DNA of 59,840 nucleotides from Planctomycetota bacterium (GTDB lineage: Bacteria; Latescibacterota; UBA2968; UBA8231), in the NCBI GenBank assembly GCA_047616505.1, contig JBLHGI010000002.1, positions 1 through 59,840 on the forward strand, read 5' to 3'. The notes below the pieces were generated by a model. The model did not search any database and was not told where the DNA came from. It worked only from the letters and a program-made list of their open reading frames with translations. A program made the translations under genes and the position numbers. Positions within the stretch are counted from its first letter, which is position 1. Each line of letters opens with the position of its first letter. This document shows, piece by piece, positions 32,875 to 41,722 of the stretch.

Positions 32875-33690
32875 TCATTCAAAATTCAGCAACTTCGCCA
32901 GATTTCCCCCTTTTACTTTATCGCGCGCTACAGCACTAAAGTCCTGCATATGTATATCGACAATATCCGGCGAGCCGCTGCCCCAGACCAAACGCTCTGC
33001 TCCGAAGGCCTCTACCACGCGCTTAGTAAAAGGTCTGGCACTTTCATAGAAGGGCGCATCGCTGGCAAAGTGACTCAGACCGGAGAGTTTCATATAAACT
33101 TCCTTAAACTCGTCGCGATTGCTGCCCAACTCCAGTATGTGGGCAAATTCCACGGCGCTGCCCCACTGCGGTTCGGCCAAATGATCGATCAGCGCCACCG
33201 TCTCTGGTATATCGCGCAGCACCTGCCCAACTTGTTCAGCGTAATCGGGGCCAATATGCAATTCGATTATTAATCCCAGTTCGACCGCTTTTTCCCACAG
33301 CGCACGCACACCCTTTTCGGCAAAACTATCTAAATACATCTCCTTGCCCCGATGCGCATGAAAACGCGTCGCAATTATTTTGGGCTCCTGCGCGACCAGA
33401 TCCTCTAGTTTCTTGGGCGCATCCAGATCGTGGGGATAAAAGAGCGACGTCCCCCTAAAAATCTCCGGCTCACGCGCCAGGCAATCGAGCACCAAACGAT
33501 GGTCATCGCCATAGGGCTCGGGGTGCACAATAACGGCGCGGTCTATGGCCTCTGTCCGCATATGTTCGAGATAGGCCGCCAGCGGATCTTGCGGATGCTG
33601 AGACAGGTCCGGGCGATAAGCCGCCTTCTCGTGCAGCGGATACTTGGCCGTGTCCGGACTAAAAATATGTGTATTCCACTCGACGATCAT
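32875..33690 (-). CDS. Amidohydrolase-2 (TIM-barrel metal-dependent hydrolase/lactonase-like) family protein
   Basis: MIVEWNTHIFS start, AVIVHPE, HIGP and LVWGSGSP motifs. The ATG at 33688-33690 sits just after the upstream stop (33692), so it is preferred over 33720. Confidence 0.7.
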   Translation of the reverse strand: MIVEWNTHIFSPDTAKYPLHEKAAYRPDLSQHPQDPLAAYLEHMRTEAIDRAVIVHPEPYGDDHRLVLDCLAREPEIFRGTSLFYPHDLDAPKKLEDLVAQEPKIIATRFHAHRGKEMYLDSFAEKGVRALWEKAVELGLIIELHIGPDYAEQVGQVLRDIPETVALIDHLAEPQWGSAVEFAHILELGSNRDEFKEVYMKLSGLSHFASDAPFYESARPFTKRVVEAFGAERLVWGSGSPDIVDIHMQDFSAVARDKVKGGNLAKLLNFE

Positions 33691-33691
33691 T

Positions 33692-34909
33692 TTATGCCCC
33701 CTCGGAAAAACCGCGATCAACTTTTAAACGCTGTACCTCGGCCTCCGTCGCATCACCCCGCGCCGGATACGGCCCCCAATGATCGATGGCGCTCCACTCG
33801 GCCCGATCGCTGACGACGACGGTGGCATCGCTGCGCTCCTTCACGCCAACCTTGAGCCGCGTGCCAATCCCCGGCTCCTGCGACGCATACATAAATCCGT
33901 CGCGGATATCTACGTTCGGATCGACAAAGTCGTTGTACCAGCCTTTATAAAAGGAGGGCACGTGCTCCTGCATCATGGCGTTGGCCGAGCTGAAACAGAT
34001 ATGGCCACAGGCAAAGATATTCACCGGCCCCGTGGCGTCATGCGGCGCAAAGGGCACCTGATGCGCCGATGCCAGTATCGCTATTTTGTGCGTCTCGGAA
34101 ATACCGCCGGTCCAAATCAGATCGGGCATGACAATGCGCGCGGCGCCGTTCTCTATAAAAGCGCGCAACTGCCAGCGGCTCAGCAAACGCTCGGAAATAC
34201 ACACCGGGGCCCGCGTCGCCTCCTGCAAACGCCGCAGCGCCTCCGGATTTAACAGCGGCATCAAGTCTTCCTGCCACATCATCTCGTAGGGTTCCATCGC
34301 CTGGGCTATGCGGATGGCGCAGGGCAGATTCCACTTGCCGTGGCCGTCGTTGGCAATCTGCATGTCCATGCCCACCGCGTCGCGGATCTCGCGGATAGGT
34401 TTTAGCGCGCGGTCGAGGTCACCCGGATCGATATACTGGCCATCGCTGGCAATAGCTAGACCAATGGTCGGCCCCCCTTTCATGGCGGTGATGCCCTCGT
34501 CGAGCAACTCTTTCGCCAGATCGGCCGCGCCATCGTAGGGAATGCCCGTGGCATAAACGCGAATGCGCTTGCGCACGGCACCGCCCAGCAACTCATAGAT
34601 GGGCATCTGCGCCGCCTGCCCCTTGATATCCCACAGCGCCATGTCCAGGGCCGATATCGCGCGCATTTCACCGCCGCCAAAACCAGCGTGGTCCGACAGG
34701 CGAAACATCGCCTCCCAGTGGCGCTCAATTTCGAATGGGTCGCGGCCAATGAGCAATGGGCCAAAAAAATCGTGCACGGCGGCCTGTACTACCGTCGGTG
34801 CGTAATACGTTTCCCCCAGCCCAACTAACCCCGTGTCCGTGTATACTTGCACCCAAATGACCTGAGCTTGTTCAGCGACGCGAATCGTTTCTATCCTGGC
34901 AATTTTCAT
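33692..34909 (-). CDS. Enolase-superfamily enzyme (mandelate racemase / D-galactonate-dehydratase-like)
   Basis: MKIARIETIRVAEQAQVIWVQVYTDTGLVGLGETY N-terminal capping domain; ALDMALWDIKG. The ATG at 34909 has TAGGAGG 5 nt upstream, so it is preferred over 34966. Confidence 0.85.
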   Translation of the reverse strand: MKIARIETIRVAEQAQVIWVQVYTDTGLVGLGETYYAPTVVQAAVHDFFGPLLIGRDPFEIERHWEAMFRLSDHAGFGGGEMRAISALDMALWDIKGQAAQMPIYELLGGAVRKRIRVYATGIPYDGAADLAKELLDEGITAMKGGPTIGLAIASDGQYIDPGDLDRALKPIREIRDAVGMDMQIANDGHGKWNLPCAIRIAQAMEPYEMMWQEDLMPLLNPEALRRLQEATRAPVCISERLLSRWQLRAFIENGAARIVMPDLIWTGGISETHKIAILASAHQVPFAPHDATGPVNIFACGHICFSSANAMMQEHVPSFYKGWYNDFVDPNVDIRDGFMYASQEPGIGTRLKVGVKERSDATVVVSDRAEWSAIDHWGPYPARGDATEAEVQRLKVDRGFSEGA

Positions 34910-35037
34910 GAGGCCTCCTAAGTAGATTATCGCCGCAACTATACCGCGCAAAAATAGAGCTGTCAACTAGGATATAAACCTCAGGGTCTCTTGATCTTAG
35001 CCGTCTATTCGAGCAAGCCGAACCCAGCCATAGCCTA

Positions 35038-35066
35038 TTGACAATCCCTGCTCTTGCCGCTACTTT
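35038..35066 (+). promoter_or_regulatory. Sigma70-type promoter candidate for tRNA-Glu (TTGACA-N17-TACTTT)
   Basis: Read directly, about 30 nt upstream of the mature tRNA 5' end. Confidence 0.4.
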
Positions 35067-35096
35067 TTTGATTGTTGTGCAAACAAGATCTCGATC

Positions 35097-35172
35097 GGCC
35101 CGTTCGTCTAGAGGCCTAGGACGCTGGCCTCTCACGCCGGTAACGCGGGTTCGAATCCCGCACGGGCTACCA
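35097..35172 (+). tRNA. tRNA-Glu (anticodon CUC), CCA encoded
   Basis: GGCCCGTTCGTCTAGAGGCCTAGGACGCTGGCCTCTCACGCCGGTAACGCGGGTTCGAATCCCGCACGGGCTACCA. Cloverleaf folded by hand: 7-bp acceptor stem (G1-U72 wobble), anticodon stem CTGGC/GCCGG, loop CU-CUC-AC, T-arm GGGTTCGAATCCC. Close to E. coli tRNA-Glu. Confidence 0.9.
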
Positions 35173-35180
35173 TAATAAAA

Positions 35181-35218
35181 CGCCTTGGGAAGTGGCTTCG
35201 GCTCTCCCAAGGCGTTTT
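35181..35218 (+). terminator. Rho-independent terminator after tRNA-Glu
   Basis: Stem cgccttggga / tcccaaggcg (extendable with flanking A/T pairs) followed by TTTT. Confidence 0.75.
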
Positions 35219-35222
35219 GTAT

Positions 35223-35672
35223 ATGCCTATTTTCGTTTCTCTTTCGTACTATTTCATTGAAGATGGCAAAGTCGTCCGCGAAGGATATCTAGTCCAACTA
35301 GCATCATCGGGAATGCTCGTAACGACGTGGTCCAATATTGGCTTGAGCGGATTCTATGCCGGACCGAATGTACATATCATTGATTCTATTGCTTTAGCCG
35401 ACCCACTCCTATCCCGCCTACCGGCAATCGATAATCCGCAGTGGGGGCCCGGGCACTTTGGTCGTATTATGCCTGCTGGTTACATCGAAAGTTACCTCAA
35501 TGACCACAATGAAATTGCAGACCCAAACTTGGGGCTCTATTACGAGGTACTGGCACATGTAATCCGCGGCAGTCTACTATCCTCAAACCGCTTATTGGAA
35601 ATATGGAGACTCAACACAGGCTATTATGATCACCTAATAAACACGCGAGCCTATCGTTTCCCTTCGAACTAG
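35223..35672 (+). CDS. Hypothetical protein, lower GC; possibly the 3' remnant of a larger gene
   Basis: ORF begins inside the tRNA terminator T-run with no RBS. Visibly more AT-rich than its surroundings. The sequence (..IDSIALADPLLSRLP..WGPGHFGRIMPAGYIES..) reminds me of C-terminal regions of large membrane glycosyltransferases; this is unverified. Confidence 0.4.
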   Translation: MPIFVSLSYYFIEDGKVVREGYLVQLASSGMLVTTWSNIGLSGFYAGPNVHIIDSIALADPLLSRLPAIDNPQWGPGHFGRIMPAGYIESYLNDHNEIADPNLGLYYEVLAHVIRGSLLSSNRLLEIWRLNTGYYDHLINTRAYRFPSN

Positions 35673-35686
35673 AAAAAGCTCTTTCA

Positions 35687-36160
35687 GTGGTACGTATCAG
35701 ACCAGAAAACCCGACAAAGCTCCTCGTCTTGGCAGAAGAGCTCTTTGTCGCAAACGAAGCATTTATGCAGGCGATTGAATTAGCTAGAGATTCGTCGCCA
35801 CAGGACCGAGCAGAATTTTATAATGACCTTGCTACATCCCTGCTCCGCCTAGGCCGCATGGCAGAATCCGAAGATGCTTTTATCGCGGCGTCTAAGCTGG
35901 CTGAGGACAACTGGCAATCGTGCTATAATATTGCCGTAATTAGGATAAAACGGCTAGATTACCAAGGCGCAATACCTGCCTTATCAAAGGCGATAGATAG
36001 AGGTATGGGGGTAAAAATAGCGATAGGGTTGGGCAGGATACTCGTCCAACTCGAAGGCACTGGCATTGAAGAACTCTACCTCCGGATGTTAGGGCAACCG
36101 GACCTTCTGGAAGAAGATCGACAAATACTGAATAAAGAGTTACAAGCCCTAACTCAGTGA
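35687..36160 (+). CDS. TPR-like repeat protein (157 aa), lower GC; GTG start uncertain
   Basis: Helical-repeat pattern (AEFYNDLATSLLRLGRMAESEDAFIAASKL.., CYNIAVIRIKRLDYQGAIPALSKAI). Different frame from the preceding ORF and 14 nt after its stop. Confidence 0.45.
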   Translation: MVRIRPENPTKLLVLAEELFVANEAFMQAIELARDSSPQDRAEFYNDLATSLLRLGRMAESEDAFIAASKLAEDNWQSCYNIAVIRIKRLDYQGAIPALSKAIDRGMGVKIAIGLGRILVQLEGTGIEELYLRMLGQPDLLEEDRQILNKELQALTQ

Positions 36161-36206
36161 TTCATATTGGGGGAACAAAAGCTCATTTTCGTACCGACTA
36201 TCCCCA

Positions 36207-36755
36207 CTACGACAGCCGATCATTCACCAAGAGCGCCACATACCCATCGCCGCCGGCATCTTCTTCCACTTTAAAACCCAAACGCGTATGCAGGCGATGC
36301 GAGCGCTCGTTTTCACGGACAAAACCACCCAATAAACGAGGAATTTTCAACTCCGTAAAGGCGTACGCTATAATTTCCTCGCACGCTTCCGTCGCATACC
36401 CTTCCTTCCAATAAGCGCGACCCAGCGCAAAACTCAACTCGACTTCCACCTCATTATAGGTAGGCTCCTTTTCACCTGCAAAACGATACCAAAAATTGGG
36501 ACTCGCTTCCAGACCTACAATACCGATAAACTGCACGTCCTCTTTTCTGACAATCGCCCAGCGCTGAAAGTCCGCATGCCCCGCCTCTAAAATCCTATAG
36601 CCCAGATGCTCTTTAGCCTCTTCTAAAGACATCGGATCACCGCTATAATAGCGACACACTTCTTCATCGGAATAAATTAGGCCGTGATAATCCGCTAGGT
36701 CATCCTCTTGTAAAGTGCGAATCACAAGCCGCTCTGTTTCCCACTCGGATGCCAT
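36207..36755 (-). CDS. GNAT-family N-acetyltransferase (RimJ/RimL-like)
   Basis: TERLVIRTLQEDDLADYHGLIYSDEEV N-terminus and GYATEACEEIIAYAF with HRLHTRLGFK, typical of Acetyltransf_3-type GNATs. Confidence 0.85.
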   Translation of the reverse strand: MASEWETERLVIRTLQEDDLADYHGLIYSDEEVCRYYSGDPMSLEEAKEHLGYRILEAGHADFQRWAIVRKEDVQFIGIVGLEASPNFWYRFAGEKEPTYNEVEVELSFALGRAYWKEGYATEACEEIIAYAFTELKIPRLLGGFVRENERSHRLHTRLGFKVEEDAGGDGYVALLVNDRLS

Positions 36756-36919
36756 ATGCCCTCGATCGTATTAGGTGATAACCGCGGTGAAACGATAGAT
36801 CCAGTCGAGGTCTAATCTCTATGACTTAGTGAATAGTTACAAGTAAATTCTGCAGCGGGGATCACACCGGTAAAACCTGCACTCATTCCACCTGCGCAGG
36901 CATAAAAGAAACGCGCAGC

Positions 36920-37690
36920 TCAGAGCTGTAAAATCCGTTCGATATTACCCGCAAAAATCTGCTGTTTTACCACATCATCGACGTCCAATTCCAGCACGCG
37001 CCCCGCATTGACATAGTAGTCGGCCCCCGGCAAGTCCGTGCCAAAGAGCACGCGCTCGGGCCCGAGGATATCCAGCGCCATCTCGTAGGCGCCTTTCTCG
37101 TTAATACTACCCGAGTAATCGACGGCGACATTTGCACAGTGCTCTATCGCGCGCAGGCCGTGCTCGAATTGCGCGCCGAAGTGCGCCATAATAAACTGCC
37201 CCTGCGGATAGCGCTGCGCCCACTCGGCAATTTCCAAAGGCGGTGCTTCGTGCGGCGGCGCCTCGCCGTGCGGGCGATAATAGGAGTGGTAGAGAATAGG
37301 CCAACCGCGCGCCAAGGCAGCTTCCGTTACCGTGTACGTGCGCTCGTCGGTCGCGCGCTGGCTGACCCAGAACTTGAGCGCACAAAAACCTTGCTCTCCC
37401 CAGCGCTCAATTTCAGCCAGAGCGTGGTCCGTATGCGCGGCATTTACATAACAGAACGGCAGGATGCGCGCGCCAATAGCATCGCGCAAACGCGCCGTGG
37501 CCTCGTTGCTGGCCTCGATCTCGTGTGGCTCGGGATCAAAACCGCCCGTCAAATTGCTCAAGATCACAATGCCCTTTAGATCAAAGCGATCCAGGCACTC
37601 TTCCATATAGGCCGTGTCGGCGAAGAGGTTCCAATTGTGCGCGTGCGCGTCGATAACGCGAAAGCGGCGTAGCTCGTCAATCAAGCCCAT
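36920..37690 (-). CDS. Amidohydrolase-2 family metal-dependent hydrolase
   Basis: Metal-ligand motifs VIDAHAHNW (HxH), HF and LFGTDLPG (Asp). 256 aa TIM-barrel-size protein. Confidence 0.8.
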   Translation of the reverse strand: MGLIDELRRFRVIDAHAHNWNLFADTAYMEECLDRFDLKGIVILSNLTGGFDPEPHEIEASNEATARLRDAIGARILPFCYVNAAHTDHALAEIERWGEQGFCALKFWVSQRATDERTYTVTEAALARGWPILYHSYYRPHGEAPPHEAPPLEIAEWAQRYPQGQFIMAHFGAQFEHGLRAIEHCANVAVDYSGSINEKGAYEMALDILGPERVLFGTDLPGADYYVNAGRVLELDVDDVVKQQIFAGNIERILQL

Positions 37691-37697
37691 CTCTCAA

Positions 37698-38483
37698 TCA
37701 ATCCCATGTGAAAACTTTGTGCGCATTATCCGCCAATATACCGCGCCGCTGCTGATCATCCAGACGTGAGCCCTCTAACCCCAGTCGACTGCCCCCCCAA
37801 TAATAGAACGGCGCCCCACTGCCAAAGAGCGCGCGCTCGAGGGGAAACCACGTCGCCAACTCGTCGAGCGAAGCCACATTGGGTTTGCTACAGCCAAAAT
37901 CGACATACGCATTGGGCAATTCGTCCCAATTGACTTCGAGTGCCTTTAGCTCGCCAAAAAAGAACATCGACAGCACGAGGGTCGTTTCGCTATTTGCTCG
38001 TATGAAAGCCGCTACCTCTGCTAAGGGCGGCGCCTTTTGCTCAACAAAACGCGGGGCGATGCGATCGTCAAAAATCCGCCCCATCAAATTCACCGGCACG
38101 TGCAGTTGCCCAGCCATCTGCACGAGTTGGCGCACATTTGTGGCACCCAATCCATAGTGATGTATTGCCGGTACCAGCCGCACACCGGCAATGCGCGACT
38201 CTTGCGCAGCGCGATGCACCCCTTCTTGCCACTGAGGAAATTCGGGGTTGAGCACGGCGTAGAAATAAAGCCAGTCCGCCAGCGATTCGTACGCCTTTAA
38301 GTCTTCATCAAGGCCCATTAGCGGATCGAAATAGAGCAGCGAGCGAAAACCAGTGGCCACCGCTCTTTCTAACCCAGCTCGCTGACGCAACGCTAATAGA
38401 TCTTCTGGAGAAGAGGGCAGCGAACGGAAGGGGCAAGGACCCAACAGGAGTCCAGTGTCTACAGCCGCTATATCTACTGTCAT
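37698..38483 (-). CDS. Amidohydrolase-2-like paralogue lacking the N-terminal HxH motif
   Basis: Its C-terminus aligns by eye with the neighbouring gene (ERALFGSGAPFYYWGGSRL..ILADNAHKVF versus ERVLFGTDLPGADYYVNAGRV..IFAGNIERIL). No HxH near the N-terminus. The ATG at 38483 is preferred because it does not overlap the upstream ATPase gene; the ORF track runs to 38630. Confidence 0.6.
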   Translation of the reverse strand: MTVDIAAVDTGLLLGPCPFRSLPSSPEDLLALRQRAGLERAVATGFRSLLYFDPLMGLDEDLKAYESLADWLYFYAVLNPEFPQWQEGVHRAAQESRIAGVRLVPAIHHYGLGATNVRQLVQMAGQLHVPVNLMGRIFDDRIAPRFVEQKAPPLAEVAAFIRANSETTLVLSMFFFGELKALEVNWDELPNAYVDFGCSKPNVASLDELATWFPLERALFGSGAPFYYWGGSRLGLEGSRLDDQQRRGILADNAHKVFTWD

Positions 38484-38530
38484 GGGATTCGCATGCAAAT
38501 CAATTGCGTTTTTAAGAGGGAAGGATTGAG

Positions 38531-39556
38531 CTAAACGCCTTTTAGTTCGATCTCGCTCTGGTGATAACAAGCGGCTAAATGCATTCCATCGGCACGTGTA
38601 TTTTCCAATGTGGGCTGCCCCTGCCAGCACTGCTCACTGCTGTAGCGACAGCGCGGCGCAAAAGCGCAGCCATCTACGCTATCTTGCTCACCGGATTCAT
38701 CCGCATCGACCTCGTCGTCCTCCTCCATCCACACGGCATGTGGGTCGGGCGCGGGCGCGGCCTTGAGCAACATCGCCGTATAGGGATGCTGTGGGCGTGT
38801 AAACAATTGCTCCGTCTCGGCCTGCTCCACCAGTCGCCCCTTATACATGACGGCCACCTCGTCGCACAGATAGCGCACTACGCTCAGATCGTGCGCGACA
38901 AATAGAAGTGTTAGGTCCAAATCTTGTTGCAACTCTTTTAGTAAATTGAGGATTTGCGCCTGCACGCTGACATCGAGCGCCGAGACCGGCTCGTCGGCGA
39001 CAATCAACGACGGGCTCAGCGCCAGGGCGCGAGCAATGCCGATACGCTGGCGCTGGCCACCGGAAAAAGCGTGCGGATAACGGCGGATATAGCGCGGATC
39101 CAGCCCCACGCGCTCCATGAGCTCGGCGACGCGTGTTTCGCGGTCGGCGGCGTTCCAGCCGTGTGCCTTTAGGGGCTCGGCGATCAAATCGAGCACCGGC
39201 ATGCGCGGGTTGAGCGAAGAATAGGGGTCTTGGAATATCATCTGTGTTTCGCGGCGCACGTCTTTGATCGCCCTCCGCGACAGGGTCGCCATATCGACAA
39301 CCTCACCATTGTCGCGGCGAAAGAGCACATGACCCGCCGTCGGGTCGAGCACGCGCAGCACCATGCGACCCGTCGTCGTCTTGCCGCAGCCGCTCTCGCC
39401 GACGAGTCCCAGGATTTTGCCCTTCTTCAGCGTAAAACTCACGCCATCGACGGCCTTTATCCAGCCCGTCTGCCGCTGCAACAAACCGCGGTACACTGGG
39501 AAGTATTTCTTTAGACCTTCAACCTGCAAAATCGCGTCTGCATCCATTTCACTCAT
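38531..39556 (-). CDS. Oligopeptide/dipeptide ABC transporter ATP-binding protein (OppF/DppF-like)
   Basis: Walker A GESGCGKTT, signature FSGGQRQR, Walker B LIVADEPVSALD and the C-terminal oligopeptide-transporter extension with Cys residues. ATGA overlap with the upstream gene. Confidence 0.9.
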   Translation of the reverse strand: MSEMDADAILQVEGLKKYFPVYRGLLQRQTGWIKAVDGVSFTLKKGKILGLVGESGCGKTTTGRMVLRVLDPTAGHVLFRRDNGEVVDMATLSRRAIKDVRRETQMIFQDPYSSLNPRMPVLDLIAEPLKAHGWNAADRETRVAELMERVGLDPRYIRRYPHAFSGGQRQRIGIARALALSPSLIVADEPVSALDVSVQAQILNLLKELQQDLDLTLLFVAHDLSVVRYLCDEVAVMYKGRLVEQAETEQLFTRPQHPYTAMLLKAAPAPDPHAVWMEEDDEVDADESGEQDSVDGCAFAPRCRYSSEQCWQGQPTLENTRADGMHLAACYHQSEIELKGV

Positions 39557-40584
39557 GCGCTAGCTCCTTCTGGCCCATGGGCAAAACAGCTGGCATAGTG
39601 CTGTGGCCCAACTTCTATATGCGCCGGCATCTCCTGCTCGCAGATGGGCCCCACCTTTTTTGTGCAACGCGTGTGAAACGGACAGCCCGTAGGCAGTGCA
39701 TAGGCGCTCGGCACATTGCCTTCGATGGGCTGCAACGCCTGCGACTTGCTCGTCAGGCTCGGGATCGAATTCAATAGCGCGATCGTATAAGGGTGCGCCG
39801 GGTGGTCAAAGATCTCCGCGACCGGCCCCTCTTCGACCACGCGCCCCAAATACATCACATAGACATATTCAACGGTATGCGCGATTACGCCGAGATCGTG
39901 CGTGATGAGCATGAGCGCCAGCCCCAATTCACGCTGCAAACGCGCGATGAGTTTGAGCACGCGCGCCTGCACCGTCACATCGAGCGCCGTCGTCGGCTCG
40001 TCGGCAATCAGCAGGCGCGGGTTGCTCGCCAAAGCCATCGCAATCATCGCGCGCTGGCGCATACCGCCCGACAGTTGGAAGGGATAATCATCGGCGCGCT
40101 CTCCGGGGTCGGGAATGCCCACCAGGTCCAAAAGTTCTACTACGCGCCGCCGCGTCTGCTCCTGATCCATCTCATCGTGCAGCTGGACCATCTCAGCGAT
40201 CTGGTTGCCAATGGAGTGCACCGGCGAAAAGGCCGTCATCGGCTCCTGAAAAATCATTGAGATATCGCCACCGCGAATCTGCCGCATCTCGCCACTCTGC
40301 GCATCGATCGTAGCCAAGTCGACGACGCGTTCGTCTAGCTTGCGGCGATAGCGAATATACCCACTTGTAATTTCAGCGGCCGGCGGCAAAATGCGCAACA
40401 GCGCATTAGAGGTCATCGTCTTGCCACAGCCGCTCTCGCCGACAATGCCAATCGACTGGCCAGCGCGCAGACGAAACGAGACGCCATTGAGCGGCCGCAC
40501 CACGCCCTCGTCGCGCTCAATGCGCACACTCAGGTCGTGCACGTCGAGCAGCAGATCTCTCTCATCATTGGAATATTGACTCAT
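39553..40584 (-). CDS. Oligopeptide/dipeptide ABC transporter ATP-binding protein (OppD/DppD-like)
   Basis: Walker A GESGCGKTM, signature LSGGMRQR, Walker B LLIADEPTTALD. The ATG at 40584 (MSQYSNDERDLLLDVHDL) is preferred; the longer ORF overlaps the permease gene. Confidence 0.9.
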   Translation of the reverse strand: MSQYSNDERDLLLDVHDLSVRIERDEGVVRPLNGVSFRLRAGQSIGIVGESGCGKTMTSNALLRILPPAAEITSGYIRYRRKLDERVVDLATIDAQSGEMRQIRGGDISMIFQEPMTAFSPVHSIGNQIAEMVQLHDEMDQEQTRRRVVELLDLVGIPDPGERADDYPFQLSGGMRQRAMIAMALASNPRLLIADEPTTALDVTVQARVLKLIARLQRELGLALMLITHDLGVIAHTVEYVYVMYLGRVVEEGPVAEIFDHPAHPYTIALLNSIPSLTSKSQALQPIEGNVPSAYALPTGCPFHTRCTKKVGPICEQEMPAHIEVGPQHYASCFAHGPEGASA

Positions 40585-40591
40585 CCGAACC

Positions 40592-41722
40592 TCAATGCAC
40601 GGAGTAGGGATCGGCCGCATCACGCATGCCGTCTCCCAATACGTTAAAAGCCAGTACGGCGATGACGACGAAGAGCCCCGGCAACAAGAGCCACGGCGCC
40701 ATCGAAACGGCCTGGAAATTTTGCGCCTTTTGCAATAATACACCCCAACTAACGACCGGCGCCTGCAGGCCAATACCCAAAAAGCTCAGCGCCGTCTCGC
40801 CCAGAATCATACCCGGCACTGCCAGCGTCGCCGAAGTAATGACATGGCTAAGAAAGGACGGCAGCAAATGCTTAAAAATGATGGCGATCTCGCTCGTGCC
40901 CGAGATGCGCGCAGCCACTACGAAGTCCTCGTCGCGCATCGACAGAAATTTGCCGCGCACCACGCGCGCCAACCCCGTCCAACCCATCAGCGACAAAATA
41001 AGCGTCACACCAAAATACACTCTGAGCGGCGGCCAAGACGCCGGCAGTGCCGCACTCAGCGCCATCCACAGCGGCAGCTGCGGCACCGCCATCAGCACTT
41101 CGATGGCCCGCTGCACGATAATGTCGATCCAACCACCATAATAACCAGCCACGCCGCCGAGCAGAATGCCGACGAAAAAGGTCATGGCCACGCCGATCAG
41201 GCCAATCGTCAGCGAGATGCGCGCACCGTAGAGAATACGGCTGAGCAGGTCGCGACCCAAATCGTCAGTGCCAAAGAGAAAGAGCGGTGCCCCCTCACCG
41301 GCGCCAAACAAATGCCAACGACTCTTAAAAATTCCCCAAAACTCATATTCGGGGCCGCGCGTAAAAAAGTATACGGGGTAACGCTCCTTGTGATCGACGA
41401 CATATTTGCGCTGCCAATCGTCGTCCGTCATCTGCACTCCATAAACAAACGGACGCAAATGAAAACTGCCTTCTGCATCGACAAAGTGCGGCCACTGCGG
41501 CGGACAGAGCACATACTGCGCATTGCGCTGAGCAGGTTCGTAGGGCGCGACAAATTCGCAAAATGCCGCTACGCCGTAGAGCACGATTAGCACCACGCCG
41601 CCGGCCAGCGCCAAATGATGGCGGCGAAAGCGCATCCACATCAGCTGCCACTGCGAAGCAAAGGCCAGCTCCTGCGCCTCGGGCGCGCTCACTTCTTCTA
41701 TAGACATGATCGTTTCACTCAT
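40592..41722 (-). CDS. Peptide ABC transporter permease (OppC/DppC-like)
   Basis: BPD_transp_1-type permease with the motif FVVAARISGTSEIAIIFKHLLP. The start at 41722 gives an 8-nt overlap with the upstream permease stop. Confidence 0.9.
   Translation of the reverse strand: MSETIMSIEEVSAPEAQELAFASQWQLMWMRFRRHHLALAGGVVLIVLYGVAAFCEFVAPYEPAQRNAQYVLCPPQWPHFVDAEGSFHLRPFVYGVQMTDDDWQRKYVVDHKERYPVYFFTRGPEYEFWGIFKSRWHLFGAGEGAPLFLFGTDDLGRDLLSRILYGARISLTIGLIGVAMTFFVGILLGGVAGYYGGWIDIIVQRAIEVLMAVPQLPLWMALSAALPASWPPLRVYFGVTLILSLMGWTGLARVVRGKFLSMRDEDFVVAARISGTSEIAIIFKHLLPSFLSHVITSATLAVPGMILGETALSFLGIGLQAPVVSWGVLLQKAQNFQAVSMAPWLLLPGLFVVIAVLAFNVLGDGMRDAADPYSVH

Noticed and set aside
34872-35210. 112-aa minus-strand ORF spanning the tRNA-Glu locus
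   Set aside because: It runs antisense through a well-folded tRNA, its promoter and its terminator. It has no RBS and its sequence is non-protein-like.
36160-36920. Search for a direct repeat of the tRNA-Glu 3' end (att-like site) or an integrase that would define a genomic island next to the tRNA
   Set aside because: I found no copy of the GGTTCGAATCCCGCACGGGCT segment and no recombinase-like ORF by eye. Only the compositional anomaly is reported.
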